A stretch of DNA of 20,441 nucleotides. It comes from Chiloscyllium plagiosum. Lineage: Eukaryota. The translations under genes and the position numbers were made by a program. The notes under the pieces are model-generated. The model was not told the origin of the DNA. It saw only the letters and a list, made by a program, of their open reading frames with translations, and made no database searches. How positions within the stretch are numbered: the stretch's first letter is position 1; every line of letters begins with the position of its first letter. The DNA is taken from NCBI RefSeq assembly GCF_004010195.1, contig NC_057719.1, positions 48,630,441-48,650,881 of the forward strand. Reading direction: 5' to 3'. Below are positions 10,736 to 19,926 of this stretch, piece by piece.

Positions 10736-11689
10736 TTAAGATTGGAGTTCCTGTCACCATAACATGAAGGTCACATGTGTCTATCTTGTGACAGATTGAT
10801 ATAAAGTCACTTGAGTTTAACTGTGGGCTGGATTTGTAGAAGATCATATCCCCCTGAAAAAACTATTCTATTTTACGTTGAATTATACAAGACAGCCTTT
10901 TCAACACTTGTCAATATTATTTGGTTTCCCAACTGTTTTTCATATGTCTTCAGTACCTGGTATATTGCTCCTTAATAGTTTATTGCTGTTATGGAATTGG
11001 GTTTGCTAAAGGTACTTGCTTGAGTTCATTACTGTCAATCAATACTTTAAACATTCTAGTTGTCTGCTTCTTTTATTGGAATTGACTACGATAGCTTTAG
11101 ATCTTTTAATATACTAGTGAGACACAGGAATATGAAAACAAAGTAGCTTGTGATCTGGCTTGGATCTTTGGGTCTTACTCCTTAAGTCTTTCTGGTTTGA
11201 AATCACATGAGGTAAGATAGAAATTTGATTGCAATGTAAGATGCTTTATTCCATGGTAGGAGAAACGTAGAAAGCATGGAGTATTTTGAAAGTCATTGGA
11301 CAGAATCAGCTGACTATGAACTGTTTGAACTAAATCATGTTTTAATACTGGCTCTCTTGGGTGGAGTTGGGGAGGGAGGTAATTCTTATTTAAATTGGGA
11401 AGATTTATTCACCATGTCATCATTTAATCCCATTTCTTCATTTTTATGTTCTATGCTTCAATTTATAAAGTCCAAAATTCCATCTGCCTTTTTAATAACT
11501 TAATTTATCTTCACATAGAATTATGCATTTAAATCCTTACTTATGTTAATACACAACCTTCAATGTAGCAAAGGCATTAAATCTCACCATTGTGTGTAAA
11601 ACTGGCAGTAGTAGATTAGCCTCACACCATGAAAAGGTACATGAGGTAGGTTTATAATAGTCTTAAAATCTGTCAATTCTAAAATATTC

Positions 11690-12030
11690 CATTCAGCCCC
11701 TCTATTTCACTCTCCTCCATGAAGTCCCATCGCCTGTCATGATGTCTTATTCATTCCCTGTTATGCCACATTCATCCCCTTAATGACTAATTCTCCCCCT
11801 CATGTGATGTTGTTGTCACACTCCTTCCCACTCATACCCTATTTGCTCCTTCACAATATCCCCTTCATCCCTTGTGATTTTCACTACAACCCCATGTTGT
11901 CCCACTTTCCCCTCATGATATTGCACTGTCCCCCATAATGCACCATCCATGCCTACAATGATGCCCCACTCAGCCACACCCCACAACATAGCGCCACTTG
12001 GAACCACCTCTAACTCTGCAATAACCCATA
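11690..12030. repeat. C-rich, G-poor low-complexity tract with decayed ccat/cccc units
   Basis: Recurrent ccat, gccca and cccc words with strong strand skew; no clear period. Confidence 0.4.
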
Positions 12031-12249
12031 CACTTGCTTCCCTGAAGTTTGATTTTTCTATTGCTCTACTACTACTCAGTCAGTGGCTGCTTTCAAACCT
12101 TGTCTGGGGACAAGATTGCCATCTCTCAATCAGCAGACTGCATGTGCATTCTTGAGGTCATTGATGCCATTTAAAGGAAAACAAGATAATGTACCAAGTC
12201 CACCATGGACCTAGAAAGCCAGTGTGCTTGACATGTCACATTTGATGCT

Positions 12250-12595
12250 TCAGTAAGGGAATCAACAAGACAAAATATTGACTTGATCTTGCCTTTACCA
12301 ATCTGTTGCAGATGAGTCTATCATGATTGTATCAGTTCAAGTAACAACCATGCAGTCCATGTGGAGAAGAAGTCCTGTCTTCACAATGTGGATGCCCTCA
12401 ATCCTATTCTGTGGCAGTACCACTCTGCAAAATTGGGCAAACTTTGAACAGATCTAGCATCTCAAAACTCGGTATTTATGAGGGTCTTTTGATCATCCAT
12501 TTGCAGCCAAATTGTATTCAATTGCAATCTGTAATCTCATGGCCAGGCATATTCACTACTTTGTCATTATCAAATCAGGAGATCAATCTTGATTC
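12250..12595 (+). mobile_element. Old CR1/L2-group LINE fragment (end of APE endonuclease and linker)
   Basis: VRESTRQNI/LDLAFTNL resembles the PTR...LDL.LTN APE motif, followed by degenerate linker sequence (acagatctagcatctcaaaact). Confidence 0.65.
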
Positions 12596-12995
12596 ATAGA
12601 GTCACAGAGCTATAGAGTCATACAGCATGGAAATAGACCCTTCGGTCCAAGCAGTCCATGCTAACCATAATTCCAAACTAAACTAATCTCACTTGCCTGT
12701 GCAAGGCCCATATCCCTCCAAAAGTGTTTTATTCAATATCTTTTAAGTGTTGTGACTGTACCTGCATCTACCACTTCCTCTGGAAGTCCACACACACCAC
12801 TCTCGGTGTAAAAAATTACCTGCATATATTTTTAAAATCTTTCTCCTCTCACCTTAAAAATATGCCCCCTAGTCTTGAAATCATTCACTTTAGGGAAAAG
12901 ACACCTGCAATTCATCTTACCTATACCTCTCATGATTTTATAAACCTCTATAAGATCACCTCTCAATCTCCTACACTCCAGTGAAAAATGTCCCA
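12596..12995 (-). mobile_element. CR1-clade LINE 3' end nested in an older LINE
   Basis: Minus ORF FSLECRRLRGDLIEVYKIMRG...KTRGHIFKVRGERF, 3' motif ggaccgaagggtctatttcc, and (actctat)-like tail. Confidence 0.9.
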
Positions 12996-13430
12996 TGACA
13001 TCAAGGCAGCATTTGACTGAGTGTGGTATCAAGGAACCATGGCAAAACTTGAATTAATGGGAAATGGTGGGTGGAATATCACTCCATCAGTTAGAATCAT
13101 ACCTAGCGCAAAGGAAGATGTTCGTTGTTCAGCCTCACAATATCACTGCAGGGGTTCTTCAGGGTAATGTCCTAGATTTAGTCATTTTCAACTACTTCAT
13201 CAATGACCTTCCCTCCATCATGAAGTCAGAATGGGGATCTTCACCGATGATTGAGAATGTGCAGCACCATTTACAACTTCTCAGATACTTTATAGCAAAA
13301 TTTATAAACTTTATAACAAATGTACAACCAGACAATGACCATTTTCAACAAGACAGTATCTCATGTATTCCCCTGGACATTCAATAGCATTGCAAACCCT
13401 AGTCTCATCCTTGGGGTTACCATTGGTCAA
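12996..13430 (+). mobile_element. Old CR1/L2-group LINE RT fragment
   Basis: DIKAAFD*VW from 12997, SYLAQRKM, AGVLQGNVLD...FINDLP, and ttcaccgatgat (FTDD, from FADD). Confidence 0.8.
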
Positions 13431-14320
13431 CGCTTCTTACACAAAGTTCAGATGTGCTGATTCTCAACTTTGTCCATTATATTTGGTATGGACTGCACTG
13501 GGCTGGTACATGTGTGATTCACACTTAACACCCCAGTTTCCTAACAATGTCCTCTGATAGTTTTACATTATTTCATCTATTATGCTAAATCAGACAGAAC
13601 ATAAATTCTGAATATATATACTACATGTTCATCTGTGTTCAACTTTTATTGTATCATCTGCACATTAATTTCAAATTATGAGTAATAGGCCTTGCTGCAT
13701 ATTTAGGCAGCACCAAAAGTAGAACAGTTAACTTCTGACCAGATTATTGGCAAGTGGAATCCTTGCACTTTCTGTTCTTCCATTTTTTTAAGTAACTTCT
13801 TTTTTTTTTTGGCCATGCTTATGAATGGATGGATTACTTATTGCCATGAGAATGTAATGATTTTCTCTGATACTACTGGAAGCTGTTTCCCACCCATACG
13901 TTTGCTAAGGAGCAGTTATCAAAGAAACTCATCCGAGCTACCAACCTGTAAAAGCTTAATGGTGACAAGAAATTGCTATAGTACGTAAAGGGCAAAATGT
14001 GTAAGATAAAGAAATAATTCTGTAATCCTTGATTGTGAAGAAAGTACTGTGAGATTATATCTAAGATGACTAGATCTAGATGTATCTCTTGATTATGAAA
14101 ACTTACAAAACTTTGGGATAGATCGTTTAATAATTATACATTTGTTTGCTTCAGATATTCTACTGAGCTGTATAAATGCCAAACTCTAAAAGCAGACTAA
14201 TAGCAGAAATGGCTCAAGGGAGACATGTGCTGTAAGGAATACTAATGATAGAATTGATATCATTACCTAGTAAAAAGATACTAATCCTATTTGTTCCATA
14301 TGCTGTCTTTTTGCTTTTAG

Positions 14321-14331
14321 GGTTCAGCCAG
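14321..14331 (+). other. Candidate 11-nt microexon GGTTCAGCCAG of an unidentified host gene
   Basis: Branch-point-like TACTAAT (14279-14285), an AG-free pyrimidine-rich tract ending tttttgcttttag (AG 14319-14320), and donor CAG|GTAATG at 14332. Confidence 0.4.
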
Positions 14332-14839
14332 GTAATGAAGATACTCTGTTACATATACCACACACATACTGAAGTATATTTGCAAGGGTGAATGTCATCG
14401 CACTTGAGTTATACTTCACAGATGATCCATACATGTGTGTTATACAATGTTATTTGCAGGTCAGTATTACAGAAGTGTTTTTGAATAAAAGGCACTCCTT
14501 TATCTTCAACAGTTCTCGTATCTGGCTTACATTCAAATGAAATGTCGAATTGAGGTGCCATCATGTTTTAGTTATATTATAAGTCTGCATTGTGGTTGTG
14601 CTGGAGTTGTTAAATTTGCTTCAAACTGATGATGTAACACCAAGGTACATCATTTTAAGTGGAATTGTTGTATTGTGTGCTTCTAATTAGACATCAGAAA
14701 TTTGAGACATTGATTTACATTTTCAGTAAAACACACAATGCTGAAGATCCTGGCTGTTAACCTGGCTCTAGGGTAAGGTGAAAATTGGAATTGTTGTGGG
14801 ATTTATGAAGAAGGTGAATTGAGTTGTAAACAGGGGCCA

Positions 14840-14965
14840 AAAGCAAAACGTTGTGGATGTTGGAAATCTGAAATAACAAAAAAAGGTTGAAAAACATCAG
14901 CAGGTCAGTCAACAGTTATAAAGAGAGAAACAGAGTGAACATTTCACCCCTTTATTTGGAGCTGG
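14840..14965 (-). mobile_element. Solo pLTR-like remnant of a Penelope-like element with decayed hammerhead
   Basis: Minus strand tgaaatgttcactctgtttctctc...gacctgctgatgtttttcaac...tttcagatttccaacatcc resembles the PLE pLTR text that follows the hammerhead (compare 3800-3860). The core is no longer intact. Confidence 0.55.
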
Positions 14966-15900
14966 TATGTGACGACTTCAAGAGGATAATGCCAGTGCGC
15001 CGCAAGTATCCAGTGGTTTGCCATGTATCGATCCTTTAGTGGTCTCAGGTTCGATTGCTCTTCTCCCTAATCAAATAGCCTCAGTGGTTGTCTCATAGGA
15101 CACAGGGATAATTAACTGAGACCTGGCTTATGTTGCCAGTGAGAAACCCTTACTGTGAGACACAGAACAAGGTACAATTAGCATTATCTTACCACAAGGA
15201 CCAGGAGGGTGGAAGTTATTGGCTTTCTCAAAATGAGGCTCCTCTACATTGATCGAATGGGAGGTGCCTCTAAATATGCCTAAGAAAAGGCATTGCAGAG
15301 AACACTGGCACCACAGTAAGATAGAGAGTGGCTCACATCCTCAGAGGAAGGGGAAGGAGCAGCATTCTGAAGTGCTGTTGTTGGTTGCAGCTATAAAGCT
15401 ATTCACCAGAGAAACCAACAGCAATCTCAGCCAGACTTGCTTCATCTGAAGGGTCAGTTTACAACATTGAATTCTTCCCATGATAACTCCTGTGGAAAGA
15501 CTTTCCCCCACAGCAGAAAAAAACTCCTTCCCACGGGCACAGGACAAACTATCACATATACCAGCTTTAGCTTCTTGTCAAGGACACTATTGCCATTCAC
15601 TAGAATTTAGCTGACTAGAGTCAATGAGATAATCCAACAAAGCGGTGATCATAACAATAAGTAGTTCACAGAAACTATTCTTTAATTCAAATGTCACACT
15701 AGCATTCTGCTATGCACCCAACTGAATCTCTTTGAACACTGAAGATATTTACCTCATTTGTTTTCTATTACTTCTATGTCCTGCTATCCTCTGGTTTCAG
15801 CAGGCTTGAGGTAGACTGCTTGTTCAGTTCATAGAGAGACATGAGTTAAGTGCTGAAATAGGGTTCACCTTAACATGGGAAGATTATGAAATTTCATTCA

Positions 15901-15978
15901 TTTTTTGAAATGTTTATCCATGGAGATGCTGGTGATCCATCACTAGCAAGGCCAGCTTTTGTTATTCATCCCTAGTTG
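15901..15978 (-). mobile_element. Short LINE 3'-tail fragment, same family as 16214-16612, inverted
   Basis: Minus strand caactagggatgaataacaaaagctggcc resembles caactaggaatgtggaataagtactagcc at about 16543-16571 and ends in an A-run. Confidence 0.5.
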
Positions 15979-16213
15979 ATGACATGGGTTCAACATGTGT
16001 GTCAGCTCAGTGCTTAGTGGAATGTGATATCTTATGCTGTTCGTTGCTTTCAGTGGTCATCTCAGCAAAGACATGTACTTCTGTCTCTTACTGATCTTCA
16101 GAGCTTCTTCTTGCATTGAGATCAGGGTGGCTCCAGTGGCATCCATGTCTGCTGGTTCTTTGCCCTCTATGTTCTCTTGTCCTGTAATGAGTTTATTTTT
16201 GGAGTTCTGTGAT

Positions 16214-16612
16214 TCATTCCCTGCACCATTAACAGCCAGTAGCAGCAGTGTACGTCATGTACAAGACACACTGCAGAAATTCACCAAGGCTCTTTAGATA
16301 CGCTTTTGAAACTCACAACCTCTTTCATCTAGAAGGACCAGGACAGCAGATACATGGGAGCACCATGACTGGTGATATTGCCCTCCAAGCCAGTCATCAT
16401 CCTGACTTGGAAATATATCACAGTTTCCTCACTGTCGCTGTGTCAACACCCTGAAATTCCCTCCTTAATGATATTGTGGGCCTACATACAGTACATGAAT
16501 TGCAACGGTTCAAGAAGTAGCTCATCACCATCTCCTCAAGAGCAACTAGGAATGTGGAATAAGTACTAGCCCAGCCAGTGACACCCACATCCTGTGAGTG
16601 TTTGAAAAAAAA
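16214..16612 (+). mobile_element. CR1/L2-group LINE 3' end
   Basis: ORF2 C-terminal relic (VMYKTHCRNSPRLFR; ILTWKYITV), then gcccagccagtgacacccacatcc and an A-rich end. Confidence 0.75.
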
Positions 16613-17367
16613 ATTCACTTGGGATGGAGGGTAGACATTTGAGGAAGGTGATTGTGAGGTGGAAATTCGATGTCTGAGTGTGGGTATGGTCTGTTGAGGT
16701 GGAGATTTGAGGAAGAGTTTGGAGAGGAGGAGCACGTCCAGCTGCAATGCATGTTACTCAGAAGAGTGCTATGCCAGTGATTGCGAGTGGGGTGAGAGAA
16801 TGACAGATGCCAACTGAGATTTTGAGGAAACTCACCCTGCTGGATGAACCTCTTGAGAAAGAGTTGCTGAAGTTGAGAAATTTTTGTAACAGACTATGGA
16901 TCTGACTTGATGTTGGCAGTGGTGCCTGGTTGTGCTTGTATTAGCGAATTGCTACTTCCAACTTTAGTGCACTGTGCTTCCATTAAGAAGTGATGTGAAA
17001 ATGCTAAACCAGCTATTCTATCAGTTGTGCAAGGAAGGATTTGCTGCATACAAAAAAAAATTAAGAAGCCATTTTACTCACTGCAGTCTCTTCATTTCAG
17101 CAATTTGAGTTTAAGAAAGTAAATGAATTGCTGGATTCTGCTTTTCTAGAAAGAAAATGAAGGGAAATGATACTTGAAACAGAGCAGTTATTGCTTCATT
17201 TCTCCAGATACATTTTTTCACGCCAATAGTTTGGTAACAGTTTCCATAAATAGACTATAATAGTTTATGAACAGTGTGCTATGATCGAATGAGGAGCGGT
17301 GATCATCTCTCCAGTTTCTAATCCGCTCTTGGCCATCGCAACAATATTTTTGTTTCCTTTTCAGTAA

Positions 17368-17582
17368 ATAGAAACACAGAATCACAAAAGTCTGATGGTG
17401 CAGAAAAAAATAATTTGGCCCATTGTGCCTTCACCTGGTCTTCAAAAAGTCTCATTATCTAGCTCCAATCTCTTGTTTTATCCCCAAATCCTTGACATTA
17501 TTTTTTATCCAAATAATTATCCAATGCTACCTTGAATGCCTCAACTGAAACCTGCCTTCAATTCATTTTCAGGTAGTGCATT
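17368..17582 (-). mobile_element. Old CR1-clade LINE 3' end
   Basis: Minus strand aatgcactacctgaaa...gaggcattcaaggtagcattggataattattt (NALPE...EAFKVALDNY), atgggccaaat, and tail tgtgattctgtgtttcta. Confidence 0.7.
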
Positions 17583-17630
17583 AAGTTTTAAGGACAACAA
17601 CTCACCAGAACGAAGGACCCGATACCCAAC

Positions 17631-18050
17631 ATGAGCAAAACTAATGTAGTGTACAAAATACCATGCAAGGACTGCACAAAACACTATATAGGACAAACAG
17701 GAAGACAGCTAACAATCCGCATACATGAACATCAACTAGCCACGAAACGACACAACCAGCTATCCTTAGTAGCCACACACGCAGACAAAAAGCAACATGA
17801 ATTCGACTGGGCCAACACTACTATCATAGGGCAAGCCAGACAAAGAACAGCCAGGGAATTCCTAGAGGCATGGCATTCATCCACAAACTCCATCAACAAA
17901 CACATCGACCTGGACCCAATATACCAACCACTACAGCGGACAGCTGAAACTGACAACCGGAAGCGGCAGAGACAGACCACTATAAACACCAGAGGAAACA
18001 TCAAAGAAGCGCTTCGCAGGAGGCTCCCAAGCACTGATGATGTCGCCTAG
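17631..18050 (+). CDS. GIY-YIG endonuclease domain, C-terminal fragment of the PLE ORF; open frame but RT absent
   Basis: NVVYKIPCKDCTKHYIGQTGRQLTIRIHEH...REFLEAWHS...IN retains the Y, YIG, R, H, E and N residues. The frame is open from the 5' junction, so the ATG is probably internal rather than a true start. Confidence 0.8.
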   Translation: MSKTNVVYKIPCKDCTKHYIGQTGRQLTIRIHEHQLATKRHNQLSLVATHADKKQHEFDWANTTIIGQARQRTAREFLEAWHSSTNSINKHIDLDPIYQPLQRTAETDNRKRQRQTTINTRGNIKEALRRRLPSTDDVA

Positions 18051-18070
18051 CCAGGGGACGAAACGTTTGC
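18031..18070 (+). ncRNA. Minimal type I hammerhead ribozyme, apparently intact
   Basis: GCA-CUGAUGA-U-GUCGCCU-AGCC-AGGGGAC-GAAA-CG-UU-UGC: stem I GCA/UGC, 7-bp stem II with one G-G mismatch, palindromic AAACGUUU; predicted cleavage after GUU (18067). Confidence 0.9.
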
Positions 18071-18137
18071 AACAAAACCTTCCAGCTCGGCGAACAGAAC
18101 CACAACAACGAGCACCCGAGCTATAAATCTTCGCACA

Positions 18138-18418
18138 AAGTTTTAAGGTAAGGTGCAGCAGATTTGGAATGGATTTTAGGAAATATGTTTTCACCCAGAG
18201 GGCATTGGTATCTGAAACTCAATGCCGAACAAGGTGGTAATAGCAGGAACTCTCAAGATATTTAAGAATTATTTAGATGAGCACTTGAAAAGCCAGAGCA
18301 TACATGGTTACGGTTCAAGTCCTACAAAATGGGATTTGAATAGATGGATGCTTGATGACTGGTGCCAATACAATGGGCCAAATGACCCTTAATTGTGCTG
18401 TTAAATCACTATGACTCT
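18138..18418 (+). mobile_element. Old CR1-clade LINE 3' end
   Basis: SFKVRCSRFGMDFRKYVFTQR...IFKNYLDEHL, then atgggccaaatgacc and tail actatgactct. Confidence 0.8.
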
Positions 18419-18502
18419 GTTTTTGTCTCTTTTCCTTTTTAAATAAAGGGTTTACATTGACAATTTTCCAATCTCCTAACACCAGTTCGTCCATACCTCT
18501 GT

Positions 18503-18627
18503 AGTTCAAAGTTTGTGAGAAGATTTGTAGCTCAGGTGCTCGTTGCTGTGGTTCTGTTCGCCGAGCTGGAAGGGGACGAAACGTTTGCAACAAAAACTTC
18601 CAGCTCGGCGAACAGAACCACAGCAAC
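18503..18627 (-). mobile_element. 125-bp Penelope-like mini-insertion (3' tail plus inverted half-hammerhead segment) with 9-bp TSD
   Basis: TSD TACCTCTGT at 18494-18502 and 18628-18636. Perfect 31-bp inverted repeat at 18542-18572 / 18597-18627. Sequence matches the 3' end of the PLE at 18053-18137. Confidence 0.93.
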
Positions 18628-19071
18628 TACCTCTGTCGCTCCCCAATATTATTGAACTATTCATTCTCTAACAAGCCAGTGTTCACTTTGGCCTCTCTTC
18701 CTTTTCATATGTTTAAAGAAGGTCTTGCTGTCCATCAAAGTTACCCTCAAAGTTTATCTTGTCAGACTATTACTGTTTAAAAACCAACAAAAGATGACCA
18801 AAACATTCCAAATCCTCGAGCTTACAACTCATTGTTGTCATATTGTACATTTTTACTTTCAATTTGATGCCACCCTCATCTTCCCTTGTTAACCATAGAT
18901 AGCCTATCCATTCCTGGAATCCTACTTTCCAACTGGGATATATTTTTCTTATGAGCCATGAACTGTTTGCTTAAACCTTTGCCTTTGTTCCTCAACCATC
19001 TTTGTTGCTAAAATCTGCTCCCAGGCCACTTCACTTAACTCTGCCCTTATTTAAGTTAAGCACGGTTGTTT

Positions 19072-19386
19072 GATTAGATTAGATTCCCTACAGTATGGAA
19101 ACAGGCCCTTCAGCCCAACAAGTCCATACCGACCCTCCGAAGAGTAGCCCACCCAGACCCATTTCCCACTATTTACACCTGGCTATGGGTAATTTAGCAT
19201 GACCAATTCACCTAACCTGCACATCTTTAGACTATGGGAGGAAACCGGAGCACCCGGAGTAAACCCATGCAGACACAGGGAGAATGTACAAACTCCACAC
19301 AGTCAGTCACTCAAAGCAGGAATGGAACCTGGGTCCCTGGCGGTTGTGAGGCAACAGTGCTAACCACTGAGCCATGTTCCACCATG
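19072..19386 (-). mobile_element. HE1-type tRNA-derived V-SINE, near full length
   Basis: On the minus strand: A box tggctcagtgg, B-box-like ggttccattcc, V domain tgtgtggagtttgtacattctccctgtgtctgcatgggtttactccgggtgctccggtttcctccca, LINE-derived gggctgaagggcctgt, and (aatct)n tail. Confidence 0.93.
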
Positions 19387-19926
19387 CTGACCCAAGTTTC
19401 TTCCTCTCAAACAGAGTACGAAATTCTGCCATGTTATGGAGAGTTATTAAACCTGAGAAAATAAGGAAACATAGCAGAGATACACAATACAGGTATCTAA
19501 ACACATGCACACTACAGAGGGTGGCAGTTTGAAGTTTATAAAAGATCTTGAGTTGTGAGAGGAAAACCTGGGAGCCAATAGCCCAGATATTCCAGTGGGC
19601 AGATAATTGCTGGACTTACATGTCAGAACTTTGCAGAATACCAGACACAGCAGATGCTGTGTAAATTGCCTGGGAATTTGAAAATTCCAACGGACAATTG
19701 TTCTGCATCTGGAACCCTCCAAAAGAAAACCCCTTAACTTCAGTGAATTTGGAAGGCACAGCTACAGTTAGGGTTAAAAAATTTAACTTCTATGTAACTA
19801 TTAAGCTGACATTAATCTGAGAGTGATTACTTCTCCTTGGAATTTCTCGGTTAAAGGTTTAACAGTTGGCTTGTTTCCTCTATTGACCTTGTGAACGGTG
19901 GTTGGTCCAAATTGTCCATTCACTAG

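Larger units (their letters stand above)
17594..18137 (+). mobile_element. Young 5'-truncated Penelope/Poseidon-like insertion with 11-bp TSD
   Basis: Direct repeat AAGTTTTAAGG at 17583-17593 and 18138-18148, an uninterrupted GIY-YIG frame, a hammerhead at 18031-18070, and a 3' tail. Confidence 0.95.
18420..19437 (-). mobile_element. Old CR1-clade LINE internal ORF2 fragment hosting a mini-PLE and an HE1 SINE
   Basis: On the minus strand HNMAEFRTLFERKKLGS (about 19387-19437) joins TTVLNLNKG (below 19071) across the SINE. AKVNTGLLENE lies near 18670-18700 and DWKIVNVNPLFKKEKRQK at about 18420-18475. Confidence 0.8.

Noticed and set aside
14727..14772. Possible 46-nt exon (ttttcag ... ctagg|gtaagg)
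   Set aside because: Splice sites are plausible, but the pyrimidine tract is short and no peptide is recognisable; unsupported without RNA data.
15040..15095. B-box-like ggttcgatt and A-box-like ctcagtgg
   Set aside because: The boxes are in the wrong order and there is no cloverleaf or SINE body; not a tRNA.
15391..15610. Open frame after ttgcag (YKAIHQRNQQQSQPDLL...)
   Set aside because: Weak acceptor context and no recognisable homology; the length is compatible with chance.
16613..16930. G-rich stretch that could be an antisense LINE relic
   Set aside because: No protein motif could be read in any frame; left unassigned.
18053..18627. Three similar ~30-nt units that might suggest a CRISPR-like array or retron
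   Set aside because: Eukaryotic context, mixed orientation, irregular spacing, and fully explained by PLE 3'-end copies.
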